From Clostridia bacterium (lineage in GTDB: Bacteria > Bacillota > Clostridia > TANB77 > CAG-465), in contig JAZSNU010000011.1 of assembly GCA_045536565.1 (NCBI GenBank), positions 1 to 64,000 of the forward strand: a DNA stretch of 64,000 nucleotides. Reading direction: 5' to 3'. Shown here piece after piece: positions 32,101 to 42,756 of this stretch (within the stretch, counting starts at the first letter, position 1; the number at the start of each line of letters is the position of its first letter). The notes below the pieces were generated by a model. The model searched no databases, had not been told where the DNA came from, and worked only from the letters and a program-made list of their open reading frames with translations. The translations under genes were made by a program, and so were the position numbers.

Positions 32101-32688
32101 AAGGTATCTACAATTACTACAAAAGAACTGAGTATTGAAGAAGAAAATGTAGAAGGTTATATGGCAGTAGATGCAATGGAAAAATCAGAATTCATTAAAC
32201 AATATGATAACTCAGATCAAACTATATGCGCAGTTATATCATCTGCAAAGCAAATATACACTAAAAACAATCAACCTATGGCATTTTTAAGCATTGAGGA
32301 TTTATATGGAACAATGGAAGCAGTAATATTTCCAAAAGTATATACGAAATATTCAAGAGATGTTAAAGTAGGTGATGCGGTGGAAATTACAGGTAAGATA
32401 TCACTTAAAGAGGGTGAAAAGCCAAAAATACTTGTGAATAATATAAGAAAACTTGCTAATTTTTCAAAACTATATATCAAAATAGAAGGAACCGAAGAAG
32501 AAAAAGAAATATTAGATAGAGTTGTTTCAAACATTTATAAAACAGAAGGAAATATTCCGGTATATGTATATTTTGAGGAAAAAGACGAATTAAAACTTCT
32601 TTCTAAAAAATGGTGGACTGAAATAGATGATGAACTTTTAATAAGGCTACAAAATGAATTTGGCAAGGAGAATGTTAAGTTGAAATAA
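29182..32688 (+). CDS. dnaE: DNA polymerase III alpha subunit
   Basis: PHP domain HLHMHTEYSLLDG; GPGRGSGAGS, SMPDFDVDF, KMDFLGL, FAKYAFNKSH; C-terminal OB fold. Confidence 0.98.
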   Translation: MKNDFVHLHMHTEYSLLDGANRIKDLVKRVKELDMNAVAITDHGNMFGVIELYKECKANGIKPILGMEAYVAPRSRLEKEGKVDSEPNHLILLAMNNTGYKNLIKLCSIGYTEGFYYKPRLDIEVLEKYNEGIIALSGCLAGAVSRKIIANDLDGARETILKYKEIFKDRYYLEIQDNKYSDQMLVNQNLIKFSNELNVPLVATNDCHYLTKDDYYAHEVLLCIQTRKKMTDEDRMSFEKNEFYVKSKEEMAQSFKNFPEAIANTQKIADMCNVEIEFGHTILPHIDVGEDVSHLEYFTNICFAALKEKYDGDRYKEAEERLKYEIEVIEKMGYIDYFLIVADFIKYAKDNGISVGPGRGSGAGSVAAYLSGITDIDPLKFNLIFERFLNPERISMPDFDVDFCYERREEVIDYVARKYGRDHVAQIITFGTMAARNAIRDTARALDIPYQKADQVAKLIPQEMKMTIDKALNVSNEFKMLYDTDEEVTRLVDIAKKMEGLPRHASTHAAGVVITKDPVDTYVPLYLNQDSISTQFTMTTLEELGLLKMDFLGLRTLTVISDTKYLIKKIHGIDVDFGKDFDDKEVYKMLSEGKATGVFQMESAGFRNVMKELKPNSLEDIIVMISLYRPGPMDQIPRYIKNKNNPNSVQYTHKALEPILNVTNGCMVYQEQVMQIFRDLAGYSLGRADLVRRAMGKKKLDVMAKEREIFINGLKDENGNYVIDGAVRRGIDEKSANQIFDEMAEFAKYAFNKSHAAAYAVVSYQTAYLKTHYPAEFMAATMNSFLGNLDKIPEYIAECKLSGIEVLRPDINESYARFAVINGKIRFALASIKNVGEGAIESIVVERKQNGKFLGFIDFVKRIESEKVNKKCIESLIMAGAFDELEKNYTRRDLLENFETIIDSIAGEKRNNIKNQVNIFDVFSETENTNDTSLTIRKSIREISKKEMLDMEKEMMGLYISGHPLDEYMSEIKKVSTITTKELSIEEENVEGYMAVDAMEKSEFIKQYDNSDQTICAVISSAKQIYTKNNQPMAFLSIEDLYGTMEAVIFPKVYTKYSRDVKVGDAVEITGKISLKEGEKPKILVNNIRKLANFSKLYIKIEGTEEEKEILDRVVSNIYKTEGNIPVYVYFEEKDELKLLSKKWWTEIDDELLIRLQNEFGKENVKLK

Positions 32689-32704
32689 AGGGAGGGTGAA
32701 ATTT

Positions 32705-33841
32705 ATGAAATTAGAAGAATATAAGTCAGGGAAATATATTAACATGAATGATTATAAAGCATTTATACCAAGTAGAATTAACTACAACTGGGGATGGGAT
32801 GATACAAAATTGGATAAACTATTAGCAGAAGCCAATAGGCAAATTGGTGAATTAAATGCGTATTCATTATTAATACCAAATGTAGATTTATATATTAAGA
32901 TGCATGTAAAAATTGAAGCGAATAAATCAAGTAGAATCGAAGGAACTAGAACTACTGTTGAAGAAGATTTATTAGATATTACAGATATTAATCCGGAAAA
33001 AAGAAACGATTGGGAAGAAGTACAAAATTATGTGAAAGCGACAAATTACGGTGTCCAAAGAATATCAGAAGGTTTTCCGGTATGTACTAGATTAATTAAA
33101 GAAATTCACGAAATATTAATGGATGGTGTTCGTGGTGAATATAAGACACCAGGAGAATTTAGAAAATCGCAGAATTGGATAGGTGGAAGTATGCCATCAA
33201 AAGCAATATATGTTCCACCACCACATACAGAAGTTGCAGATTGTTTATCTGATTTTGAAAAATTTATAAATAATGAAGAAATAGATACACCAGATTTAAT
33301 TAAAATTGCAATATTACATTATCAATTTGAATCTATTCATCCATTTTTAGATGGTAATGGAAGAATAGGAAGATTACTTATTCCATTGTATATTCAAAGT
33401 AAAGGTATGCTAGAAAAATCTTGTTTATATATTTCTGATTATATTGAAAGGAATAAGGATATATATTATGATATGCTTACAAGAGTAAGAACTCATAATG
33501 ATTTGATAGGTTGGATAAAATTTTTCTTAGAAGCAGTTATTGAAACATCAAAAACAGCAAAAGAAAAATTCAGAAAAGTTGTTGAATTAACAATGGAAAT
33601 GGATAAATTAATAATGGACTTGCCAGTAAAACCAGAAAATGCAAAAAAAGTAATAGATTTACTATATGATGAACCAGTGCTTACTAGAAATAAAATGTCT
33701 GAAATAACACAAATAAAGTTAACAACAATAAATGGTATAGTAAATGCGTTGTTGGATAAAAATATTATAAGGGAAACAACAGGGTATAGTAGAAATCAAA
33801 TTTTTGCTTTTGAAAAATATATTGATTTATTTTTAAAATAA
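32705..33841 (+). CDS. Fic family protein (class II, N-terminal inhibitory helix, C-terminal HTH)
   Basis: Canonical HPFLDGNGRIGR; SSRIEG matches (S/T)xxxE(G/N); TGYSRNQIF terminus. Confidence 0.93.
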   Translation: MKLEEYKSGKYINMNDYKAFIPSRINYNWGWDDTKLDKLLAEANRQIGELNAYSLLIPNVDLYIKMHVKIEANKSSRIEGTRTTVEEDLLDITDINPEKRNDWEEVQNYVKATNYGVQRISEGFPVCTRLIKEIHEILMDGVRGEYKTPGEFRKSQNWIGGSMPSKAIYVPPPHTEVADCLSDFEKFINNEEIDTPDLIKIAILHYQFESIHPFLDGNGRIGRLLIPLYIQSKGMLEKSCLYISDYIERNKDIYYDMLTRVRTHNDLIGWIKFFLEAVIETSKTAKEKFRKVVELTMEMDKLIMDLPVKPENAKKVIDLLYDEPVLTRNKMSEITQIKLTTINGIVNALLDKNIIRETTGYSRNQIFAFEKYIDLFLK

Positions 33842-33845
33842 TATT

Positions 33846-34015
33846 TATATCACATAAGAAAGTTAAAAAATCGTGATATAAAAATCTATATCACGAAAAA
33901 AACTAAAAAATCGTGATATAAAAATCTATATCACGAAAAAAACTAAAAAATCGTGATATAAGAATTGATAGATCAAAAAACGAAAAAAATTGACTTATAA
34001 AAATATGTAGGTCAA
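33846..34015. repeat. 40-bp tandem array of inverted repeats
   Basis: TCGTGATATA at 33871, 33911, 33951; TATATCAC(GA) at 33846, 33887, 33927; degenerate continuation to about 34015. Confidence 0.9.
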
Positions 34016-34168
34016 AAAAATATGTATTGTATAATTAAGTATCTCAAATCAAGTAATTTGTTAGATGTCTGACTAACCTTCATAAAGAGTACTTATGTTT
34101 CAATAAGTATAGTTGCAATAAATATAAAAAAATGGTATTATATCAAAATAAAAGAGGTGTTTTAACAA

Positions 34169-34549
34169 ATGAAAAAAGGTAAGATTATTGGGTTAATATT
34201 ATTTATAACTATTATATTAATTGCTGTATTAATAGCATTAATATTAATAGATAAAGGAGATATAAAAGGAAATAGTAATGAGTTAAATAAACTATATGAG
34301 CTATATCCAACTGATGTAGATGGTGCTGTTAATGATTATATGAGCGGTCAAGAATATAAAAGTATGAATAAAAATAATCAAGTAAAAAATGTAGGGAACT
34401 TATTAGAAATTTATGAAATCAATAATATTATAAAAAACTTGTATTACGACGAAGAGTCGCAAATGTACACTTTTACATATAACTATGGAAATATAAAAGG
34501 TGCACTAGGAGGGGTAATGCTAAAAGACTGGGATCCTATGTTTAATTAA
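34169..34549 (+). CDS. Small membrane-anchored exported hypothetical protein
   Basis: N-terminal hydrophobic helix; GAGGTG SD. Confidence 0.7.
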   Translation: MKKGKIIGLILFITIILIAVLIALILIDKGDIKGNSNELNKLYELYPTDVDGAVNDYMSGQEYKSMNKNNQVKNVGNLLEIYEINNIIKNLYYDEESQMYTFTYNYGNIKGALGGVMLKDWDPMFN

Positions 34550-34601
34550 ATATAAAGGCAAGTATAGTAAGTAAAAATAACAAATTGAGGAGAGTAAATA
34601 T

Positions 34602-36077
34602 ATGGTGACATTAGATAAAGTATTTGATATATTAGAAAAAGCAGGACAAGTAGAAAGATATTCTAAGAATTTAAAATTTGAAAATATGGAATTAAATCAT
34701 TTGTCATATAATTCAAAAGAAATAAAAGAAAAAACACTTTTTATTTGTAAAGGTAGTTTGTTTAAAACTGAGTATTTAGAAGATGCAATAAACAGAGGAG
34801 TTACAGCATATATATCTGAAACATATTATGAAAATATATCAGAAAATATAGCTTATATAATTGTAAAAGATATTCGTGAAGTTATGCATTTGGTATCAAA
34901 TTTTTTCTATGACTATGCATGGAAAAAAATTAAAACAGTAGGATTAACAGGTACAAAAGGAAAAACTACAACTACATATTATTTGAAAAATATATTAAAT
35001 AAACATTTAGAAAAAAGATGTGGGGTTATTTCCACGATAGATACATATACAGGTATAACAGAAGAAGAATCTCATTTGACAACACCGGAAGCACCAGACT
35101 TACATAGGTTTTTTTATGAAACAAAAAAGAGTGAAATACCTGTACTTGTTATGGAAGTAGCATCACAAGGATACAAAGCAAAGAGGGTTAATGGTATAAC
35201 CTTTGATATAGGTGTGTTTTTAAACATATCAGAAGACCATATAAGTGAGGCAGAACATCCTAATTTTGAAGATTATTTAAATTGCAAATTAGAACTTATG
35301 AAAAATGTAAAAACAGCAATTATAAATAGAAATACTGATTTTTATGATGCAGTAATAGATAGTGCTAAAAATGCCAAGGTTATAACATACGGAACTGATG
35401 ATAGAGCAGATTACTATATTTCAAACATTCGTAAAGATGGTGGTCATACAGCATTTGATGTTATAGGAAAAAAATATAAAAATACATTTAAAACTAGTAT
35501 GCTAGGTAGATTTAATGTTGAAAATGCACTTGCTGCTATTGTTGTTGCAAAAGAGCTTGGAGTAAGTGAAGAAGATATAGCGTATGGTATAGAAAATACA
35601 CAAGTTCAAGGAAGAATGAATGTATTTGAAAAAGATGGAATAACAGTAGTAGTAGATTTTGCACATAACAAACTTAGTTTTACAAAATTATATGAATCAT
35701 TAAAATTAGATTACCCAAATAGAAAAATAATATCACTAGGTGGTGGAGTTGGAGGTAAGGCATATGTAAGAAGAAAAGACTTTGGTGAAATTGTTGGAAA
35801 ATATTCTGATTACATTTATCTTACAGCAGACGATCCACAATTTGAGAATGTAACAGATATATGCAAGGATATTGCTACATATATAGAAGATGGTAAATAT
35901 GAAATAATAGAGGACAGAAAAGAAGCAGTACTTAAAGCGTTAAAAACAGCAAAATCAGGAGATATTGTTGTACTTCTTGCAAAAGGCGAAGAAACACATC
36001 AGAGAGTTAGAGGTAAGCTGATTTATTACGAATCAGATATTAAATTGACACAGGATTGGATAGCAGGGAAAATATAA
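34602..36077 (+). CDS. murE: MurE-type UDP-MurNAc-dipeptide amino acid ligase
   Basis: TGTKGKTTT, LTTPEA, VMEVASQ, GRFNVEN, VVVDFAHN, LAKGEE; specificity motif reads DDPQ. Confidence 0.88.
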   Translation: MVTLDKVFDILEKAGQVERYSKNLKFENMELNHLSYNSKEIKEKTLFICKGSLFKTEYLEDAINRGVTAYISETYYENISENIAYIIVKDIREVMHLVSNFFYDYAWKKIKTVGLTGTKGKTTTTYYLKNILNKHLEKRCGVISTIDTYTGITEEESHLTTPEAPDLHRFFYETKKSEIPVLVMEVASQGYKAKRVNGITFDIGVFLNISEDHISEAEHPNFEDYLNCKLELMKNVKTAIINRNTDFYDAVIDSAKNAKVITYGTDDRADYYISNIRKDGGHTAFDVIGKKYKNTFKTSMLGRFNVENALAAIVVAKELGVSEEDIAYGIENTQVQGRMNVFEKDGITVVVDFAHNKLSFTKLYESLKLDYPNRKIISLGGGVGGKAYVRRKDFGEIVGKYSDYIYLTADDPQFENVTDICKDIATYIEDGKYEIIEDRKEAVLKALKTAKSGDIVVLLAKGEETHQRVRGKLIYYESDIKLTQDWIAGKI

Positions 36078-36084
36078 AAAAGTG

Positions 36085-36113
36085 TTGAAAAAAGAAAAAA
36101 TATATTATACAAT
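36085..36113 (+). promoter_or_regulatory. Sigma-A type promoter
   Basis: TTGAAA (36085-36090), 17-nt spacer, TACAAT (36108-36113). Confidence 0.7.
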
Positions 36114-36153
36114 AAACATGTAAAATGAGGAAAACAATGAGGTGAATTAAGAT

Positions 36154-36201
36154 ATGTCAACTAAAATGGGTACAAATAACAATATACTAACACACAAGTA
36201 G
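36154..36201 (+). CDS. 15-aa micro-ORF / putative leader peptide (MSTKMGTNNNILTHK)
   Basis: GAGGTGA SD 8 nt upstream of ATG; lies between a promoter and a terminator. Confidence 0.5.
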   Translation: MSTKMGTNNNILTHK

Positions 36202-36259
36202 AATCTAGAAATAGTATAGGTTTTGTTGGCATACCACAAAATAATATAGAACAAATCAT

Positions 36260-36299
36260 AAAAGTTAGTTTATATCAAAAGGTATAGACTGACTTTTTT
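36260..36299 (+). terminator. Intrinsic terminator
   Basis: 13-bp stem GTTAGTTTATATC/GGTATAGACTGAC with three G-U pairs, AAAA loop, T6 tail. Confidence 0.8.
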
Positions 36300-36486
36300 G
36301 CGTTTTAAATAAGGTATAAACACTTAGATAAAAGTGGTTATATATACAAATAATATAAATATAATAGGACATAATAATATAAAGAAAAATAAAAATACAA
36401 AATTCGCCTAAAAACAGTTGCAAAAAGTTATATTATATGAAATAATATATTTGGATTAAATTCATAGAAGAAGGAGAGGAAAGATT

Positions 36487-37620
36487 ATGAAAAAAACAAA
36501 CAAAAGAGGAATATCATTAATAGTATTAGTAATAACAATAATAGTAATGATAATCCTAGCATCAGCAATTATTCTATCATTATCAAATAGTGGAATAATA
36601 GGTAGGGCAAATGAAGCATCGTTTAAGACAGATGTAAAATCAATACAAGAAGAGCTAACCATCGAATTAGCGGATGCGATACTAGAAGATAGAGCAGATG
36701 CATTAGAAGGGGTAGCAGCAGAAACAGTATTAGATAGTGCACAAAAATATCCTGAAAAATTTGTAATATCAAATCAAAAACTAATGTATATTGGAGAAAA
36801 AGTAACTGCTGATGAAAGAGCATATCTTGATCAAATAGGCATAGAAGAGCTTTGGGATAATAGCCAAGCATATCTATTTGAAATAGATGAAAATGGTGTG
36901 TTAACAGGTGTTAAAGGGGAGTATTTGATTGATGGTTCAAGTGCATGCGTATATGTAGATGGGGCAGAAGTAACAGAATTGGTATTACCGAAAGGAATAA
37001 CAGCTATTGGAAGTGAAGCGTTTATTCGTTGTAGTATAACAAGCATAACAATCCCAAATGGAGTAACAAGTATAGGTGATCTAGCATTTTATAATTGTGT
37101 TGCCTTAACAACTATAACACTCCCAGATAGTGTAACAAGTATAGGTGATAATGCGTTTGGTAATTGTAGTCGCTTAACAACTATAACACTCCCAGATAGT
37201 GTAACAAGTATAGGTAGTAGTGCGTTTTATCAGTCTGGTCTAGCAAGTATAACAATCCCAGATAGTGTAACAAGTATAGGTGATAGTACATTTTACGGTT
37301 GTATGCTAACAAGTATAGAAATTCCAAATGGCGTAACAAGTATAGGTATGGAAGCGTTTAGTAGGTGTGAATATTTAACAACTATAACACTCCCAGATAG
37401 CGTAACAAGTATTGGTGAGAGGGCATTTGTTGGATGTGGTTTAACAAGCATAACAATACCAACTGGTATAACAGCTATACCATGTGCCGCATTTGGTGGT
37501 GTTCCTTTAACGGATGTATATTATAAAGGTACACAAGCACAGTGGGAAGCAATAACGATTGATAATACTTATGAAGGTAATGCGTGTTTTTCAACTGCAA
37601 TAATCCATTATAATTCATAA
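36487..37620 (+). CDS. Type IV pilin-like N-terminus fused to BspA/TpLRR (LRR_5) repeats
   Basis: KRG|ISLIVLVITIIVMIILA; about 8 repeats of LTxITxPDSVTSIGxxAFxxC. Confidence 0.9.
   Translation: MKKTNKRGISLIVLVITIIVMIILASAIILSLSNSGIIGRANEASFKTDVKSIQEELTIELADAILEDRADALEGVAAETVLDSAQKYPEKFVISNQKLMYIGEKVTADERAYLDQIGIEELWDNSQAYLFEIDENGVLTGVKGEYLIDGSSACVYVDGAEVTELVLPKGITAIGSEAFIRCSITSITIPNGVTSIGDLAFYNCVALTTITLPDSVTSIGDNAFGNCSRLTTITLPDSVTSIGSSAFYQSGLASITIPDSVTSIGDSTFYGCMLTSIEIPNGVTSIGMEAFSRCEYLTTITLPDSVTSIGERAFVGCGLTSITIPTGITAIPCAAFGGVPLTDVYYKGTQAQWEAITIDNTYEGNACFSTAIIHYNS
36970..37525 (+). repeat. 66-69 bp coding tandem repeats (LRR units)
   Basis: 42-nt scaffold identical at 37105 and 37174; two mismatches at 37375. 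Confidence 0.85.
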
Positions 37621-37758
37621 AATTGCTCATAAAAGAACAAAAAATATCTAATTTACTCTAATAATAGTATTTGAGTAGATGGACAAATTATATATTTGAT
37701 ATAAATAGCCTAGGCGATAAGCCAAGGCTATTTTTATATTTGAAGGAGGGATAAAATA

Positions 37759-39649
<1,891 letters not shown>

Positions 39650-39654
39650 AAAAT

Positions 39655-39693
39655 AAATGATGAAGTAATATAATAAATTACTTTATCATTTTT
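39655..39693 (+). terminator. Intrinsic terminator after groEL
   Basis: AAATGATGAAGTAAT...ATTACTTTATCATTTTT. Confidence 0.7.
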
Positions 39694-39980
39694 GTTTTTT
39701 TAAAATAAATTAATATAAATTGTCCAAAAAATAACAAAACTTTTTTGTAATAAAAAACATGTTTTTACTCAAAATATTACAAAAAAGTTACAAAAAAATG
39801 TTTTTTGTGTGGCATGCGTGAAAGCGAGTTGATTTTAAAATATACATATGATACACTATGTTTAGCTAAAAAATATGGCGAATTTTTGGAACTGTTATGA
39901 CAGTTGCTTGTTTATCAAATAACTGTTTGATATATATATATATATAATTGGGAAAATTCATGGAAATAGAGGAGATATAG

Positions 39981-41573
39981 ATGGAAAGGTGCTTGGGAAT
40001 TTACATTGGTGATAAGATTGTAAAATATGCCAAATTACATATGGATAAAACAAAAAATGTTCAAGTTGAAGTTTCAAATGTAAAGTATGTTCTTGGTGGC
40101 ATAAAAGAAGTTATTGATGAAATCATCGTAGAAACAAATAGTCAAAATACGCCTATATCTATAAACATATTAAATGAACATCATGAAAATTTAGAAATAT
40201 TAAAACAAATATCTAAAAATGATATATCAAGCATGGTTGATTTAGAAGTTGAAGATATTGCCAATAGAAACGGTCTTAATGGGAAGTTACTAGTATATAA
40301 GTATGATGTACAAGATTCTTTGAATAACAAAGATAATAATAGAATTAGCATTTTATATGCAGATAGAACAGAGATAGAACAATTTTCTAAGATAGAAGGT
40401 ATAGATGTTAAAGGGGCATTCCCGTTATCCGCTGTAATGAATGGTTTAGTATCTAAGGAAGAAAAAAACTATGCAGTTATTAATATAGAGGAAAGAATAA
40501 CAATTAGTATTGTTTTAAATGGTACTGTTGTAGATACAATAGCACTTGATTCTGGAATGAAAGAAGTAATAGAAAGTTTGGCGGGACAACTTGGTTCGTA
40601 TGCAAAAGCGTATGATATGTGTAAAACTATAAATGTTTATACAGAAGACGAGAATCCAAACAATCCAGAAATAGAAAAAATTATAGAACCAATTCTTCAA
40701 GAAATATTAAGAAAAATAGAAGAAAGTATGAAACCATACAGAGGTAAATTTAATAAGTTGTTTTTATCTGGTATGGGTGTACTATTTACTAATATCGATA
40801 TATTATTTGAACAGTATTATGGAATGCAAGCAGAAATATTAAAACCTGCTTTTGCAAAAGGCGAAGTGGGAATAAGAAATATGGCTGAATTAATTGAGGC
40901 TAACTCTGCTATTGCACTTGCTAATGCACTTCTTACAGGTTCTATGGAAAACTTTAATTTTATTAATATTATTAATAAAAAACAACCTAAATCACTTGGA
41001 GCAAAAACAGGCAAATTAGGTGTTAAGTTGCCAGAAAAAATAAAATTCCATGGTGATTCGGCAGATGTAATCCAAAAACTTGTATTTGCAAATCTAGTAG
41101 CAGGAACTATTCTTATTGGTTATGCAATATTTGGAGGAATATATTCAGCACAAACTAAAAAAGTTGAAAACAATATAAGGGCTTCAATATCTGATATAGA
41201 AGAACAATCTAGTCTTGTTAATGGTGATGTTGAATTCATTAATACTAATAAAGATAAATACAAAGATGTAAATGATATGGTATCTGATACAATTAATAAG
41301 ATTGAAAAAAATCAGATAGGAACACTTAGAACATATAATGTTGCTAATTTCATGCAAAAAATAATGAAATTTATTCCTAAGGATGTACAACTTGTGTCAA
41401 TAGAATCAAATGATAATAAGCATGTAACAGTTACGGCAAAATCAAGTTCTTATGCAGCACTTGGATATCTTGTATCACAATTAAAATTAGAGGGAATAAT
41501 AAATAATGTTAAAATAAATAGTGTATCTCATGGTACAGAAATTAGTGTAAGTATAGGCGGTGATTTACCATAA
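39981..41573 (+). CDS. PilM-PilN fusion (type IV pilus alignment complex)
   Basis: Actin-like start (CLGIYIGDKIVK) and LFLSGMG; TM near residue 370-390; PilN-like IPKDVQLVSI..VTAKSSSY C-terminus; operon context. Confidence 0.72.
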   Translation: MERCLGIYIGDKIVKYAKLHMDKTKNVQVEVSNVKYVLGGIKEVIDEIIVETNSQNTPISINILNEHHENLEILKQISKNDISSMVDLEVEDIANRNGLNGKLLVYKYDVQDSLNNKDNNRISILYADRTEIEQFSKIEGIDVKGAFPLSAVMNGLVSKEEKNYAVINIEERITISIVLNGTVVDTIALDSGMKEVIESLAGQLGSYAKAYDMCKTINVYTEDENPNNPEIEKIIEPILQEILRKIEESMKPYRGKFNKLFLSGMGVLFTNIDILFEQYYGMQAEILKPAFAKGEVGIRNMAELIEANSAIALANALLTGSMENFNFINIINKKQPKSLGAKTGKLGVKLPEKIKFHGDSADVIQKLVFANLVAGTILIGYAIFGGIYSAQTKKVENNIRASISDIEEQSSLVNGDVEFINTNKDKYKDVNDMVSDTINKIEKNQIGTLRTYNVANFMQKIMKFIPKDVQLVSIESNDNKHVTVTAKSSSYAALGYLVSQLKLEGIINNVKINSVSHGTEISVSIGGDLP

Positions 41574-42370
41574 TGGATAAAAACATTTTTAAAATAGTGG
41601 GATTATTACTAGGACTTGTTTTAATCGTTGCCGCATTACTTTTTATTGCTATAAAAGGTATTGAATTTGGAAAAATTAATCTTGTGTCAATAGCAGGTAT
41701 CGGAGAGAAAAAACAAGCAGTTGACAAGGCAGAAGAAGAATTGGCACTTGCGGAACTTCAATATAGCACTAATGTAAAAAGTCTTGAAACAGCGAAGAAA
41801 AATTATGAAGATGAAAAAGAAAAGTATGAACTTATTAGTGATGAAACAATATCCGCTATAAAAGAGGCTACTAAGGAAGAAGAATATTTTATTGAATATT
41901 TATGGATAACATTAGGTAATTATGCAACAAAGCATAATTTATCATTAGCAGTTATTGAACCGGGCGGAAAAGTAAATCAAAGTACAACAACCACTACAAC
42001 AAACAATGAAACTACTGTGTCAACAGGTACAGGGGTAACAGGAAATTCAAGTGGAGTAACATCTACTGAAAATGCAGCAACTACTGGTTCACCAACATCT
42101 GGTACTAAGCAGAATGCAACAGATACAGACGATAAAACAAATAAACAAGAAGAATCAATTACTAGTGGCCTTACAGCAAGTTCTACTGCATTAACTGTTC
42201 AAGTAAAAGGTAGTTATATAGATTTAGCAGATTTTGTATTTGAAGTAGAAAACGATAAGTCTTTAAGATTTAGATTAGATAATATAAAAATGAAATCAGC
42301 AGGTGGCACACAAGTTATAACATCATTTAATGTAAAAGATTTTACAGTATTAAAATCATTAGAAAAATAA
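41573..42370 (+). CDS. PilO-like protein with a Thr/Ser-rich insert
   Basis: N-terminal TM and coiled coil; VQVKGSYIDLADFVFEVEN resembles PilO; position after pilMN. Confidence 0.65.
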   Translation: MDKNIFKIVGLLLGLVLIVAALLFIAIKGIEFGKINLVSIAGIGEKKQAVDKAEEELALAELQYSTNVKSLETAKKNYEDEKEKYELISDETISAIKEATKEEEYFIEYLWITLGNYATKHNLSLAVIEPGGKVNQSTTTTTTNNETTVSTGTGVTGNSSGVTSTENAATTGSPTSGTKQNATDTDDKTNKQEESITSGLTASSTALTVQVKGSYIDLADFVFEVENDKSLRFRLDNIKMKSAGGTQVITSFNVKDFTVLKSLEK

Positions 42371-42393
42371 ATTATGAAGAAGGAGAAGAGTAT

Positions 42394-42756
42394 ATGAGTA
42401 GAAATTCATGGATAACATTTGGAGCGGTTGCAATCGTTATAATTTCTATGGTGTTAGTAGCGCTTTTGATATTAGTTCCACAGAGCAGACCAGTATCAGA
42501 TGGCGTTATTAATGAATATGAAAAAATATCAGATTCTGAGTATTCGTATACTCAATCTAAGGATATATCAGAAGAAAACATGAAAGAAACATATAGTGTA
42601 ACTTCTGAGGATATTAATGTGGGTAAATCTTCTAAGTTATATAAACAAGGAAACACAGACCCATTTGCAGATGTAAAAGGAGAAGCATCAAACAACAATT
42701 CAAGCGCAAATAAAAACAATAATGCAATAACACCTTATTCTGCGGAGGATAAATAA
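42394..42756 (+). CDS. Membrane-anchored pilus accessory protein
   Basis: N-terminal TM; DPF motif as in PilP-position proteins; operon context. Confidence 0.55.
   Translation: MSRNSWITFGAVAIVIISMVLVALLILVPQSRPVSDGVINEYEKISDSEYSYTQSKDISEENMKETYSVTSEDINVGKSSKLYKQGNTDPFADVKGEASNNNSSANKNNNAITPYSAEDK

Noticed and set aside
33846-33960. Possible CRISPR array
   Set aside because: The units repeat without unique spacers and there are no cas genes; kept as a palindromic tandem array.
37030-37500. Repeat-spacer-like DNA pattern suggesting CRISPR or a DGR
   Set aside because: The period is 66-69 nt, in frame, encoding LRR units. There is no reverse transcriptase and no adenine-specific template/variable pair.
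37650-37682. CIRCE element upstream of groES
   Set aside because: TTTACTC...GAGTAGA has the wrong arms and 14-nt rather than 9-nt spacing.
39819-39832. cre (CcpA) site TGAAAGCGAGTTGA upstream of the pil operon
   Set aside because: The right half deviates from the TGWAANCGNTNWCA consensus; not supportable.
39981-41573. PilM-PilN fusion as a novelty
   Set aside because: PilMN fusions are already known in clostridial type IV pilus loci.
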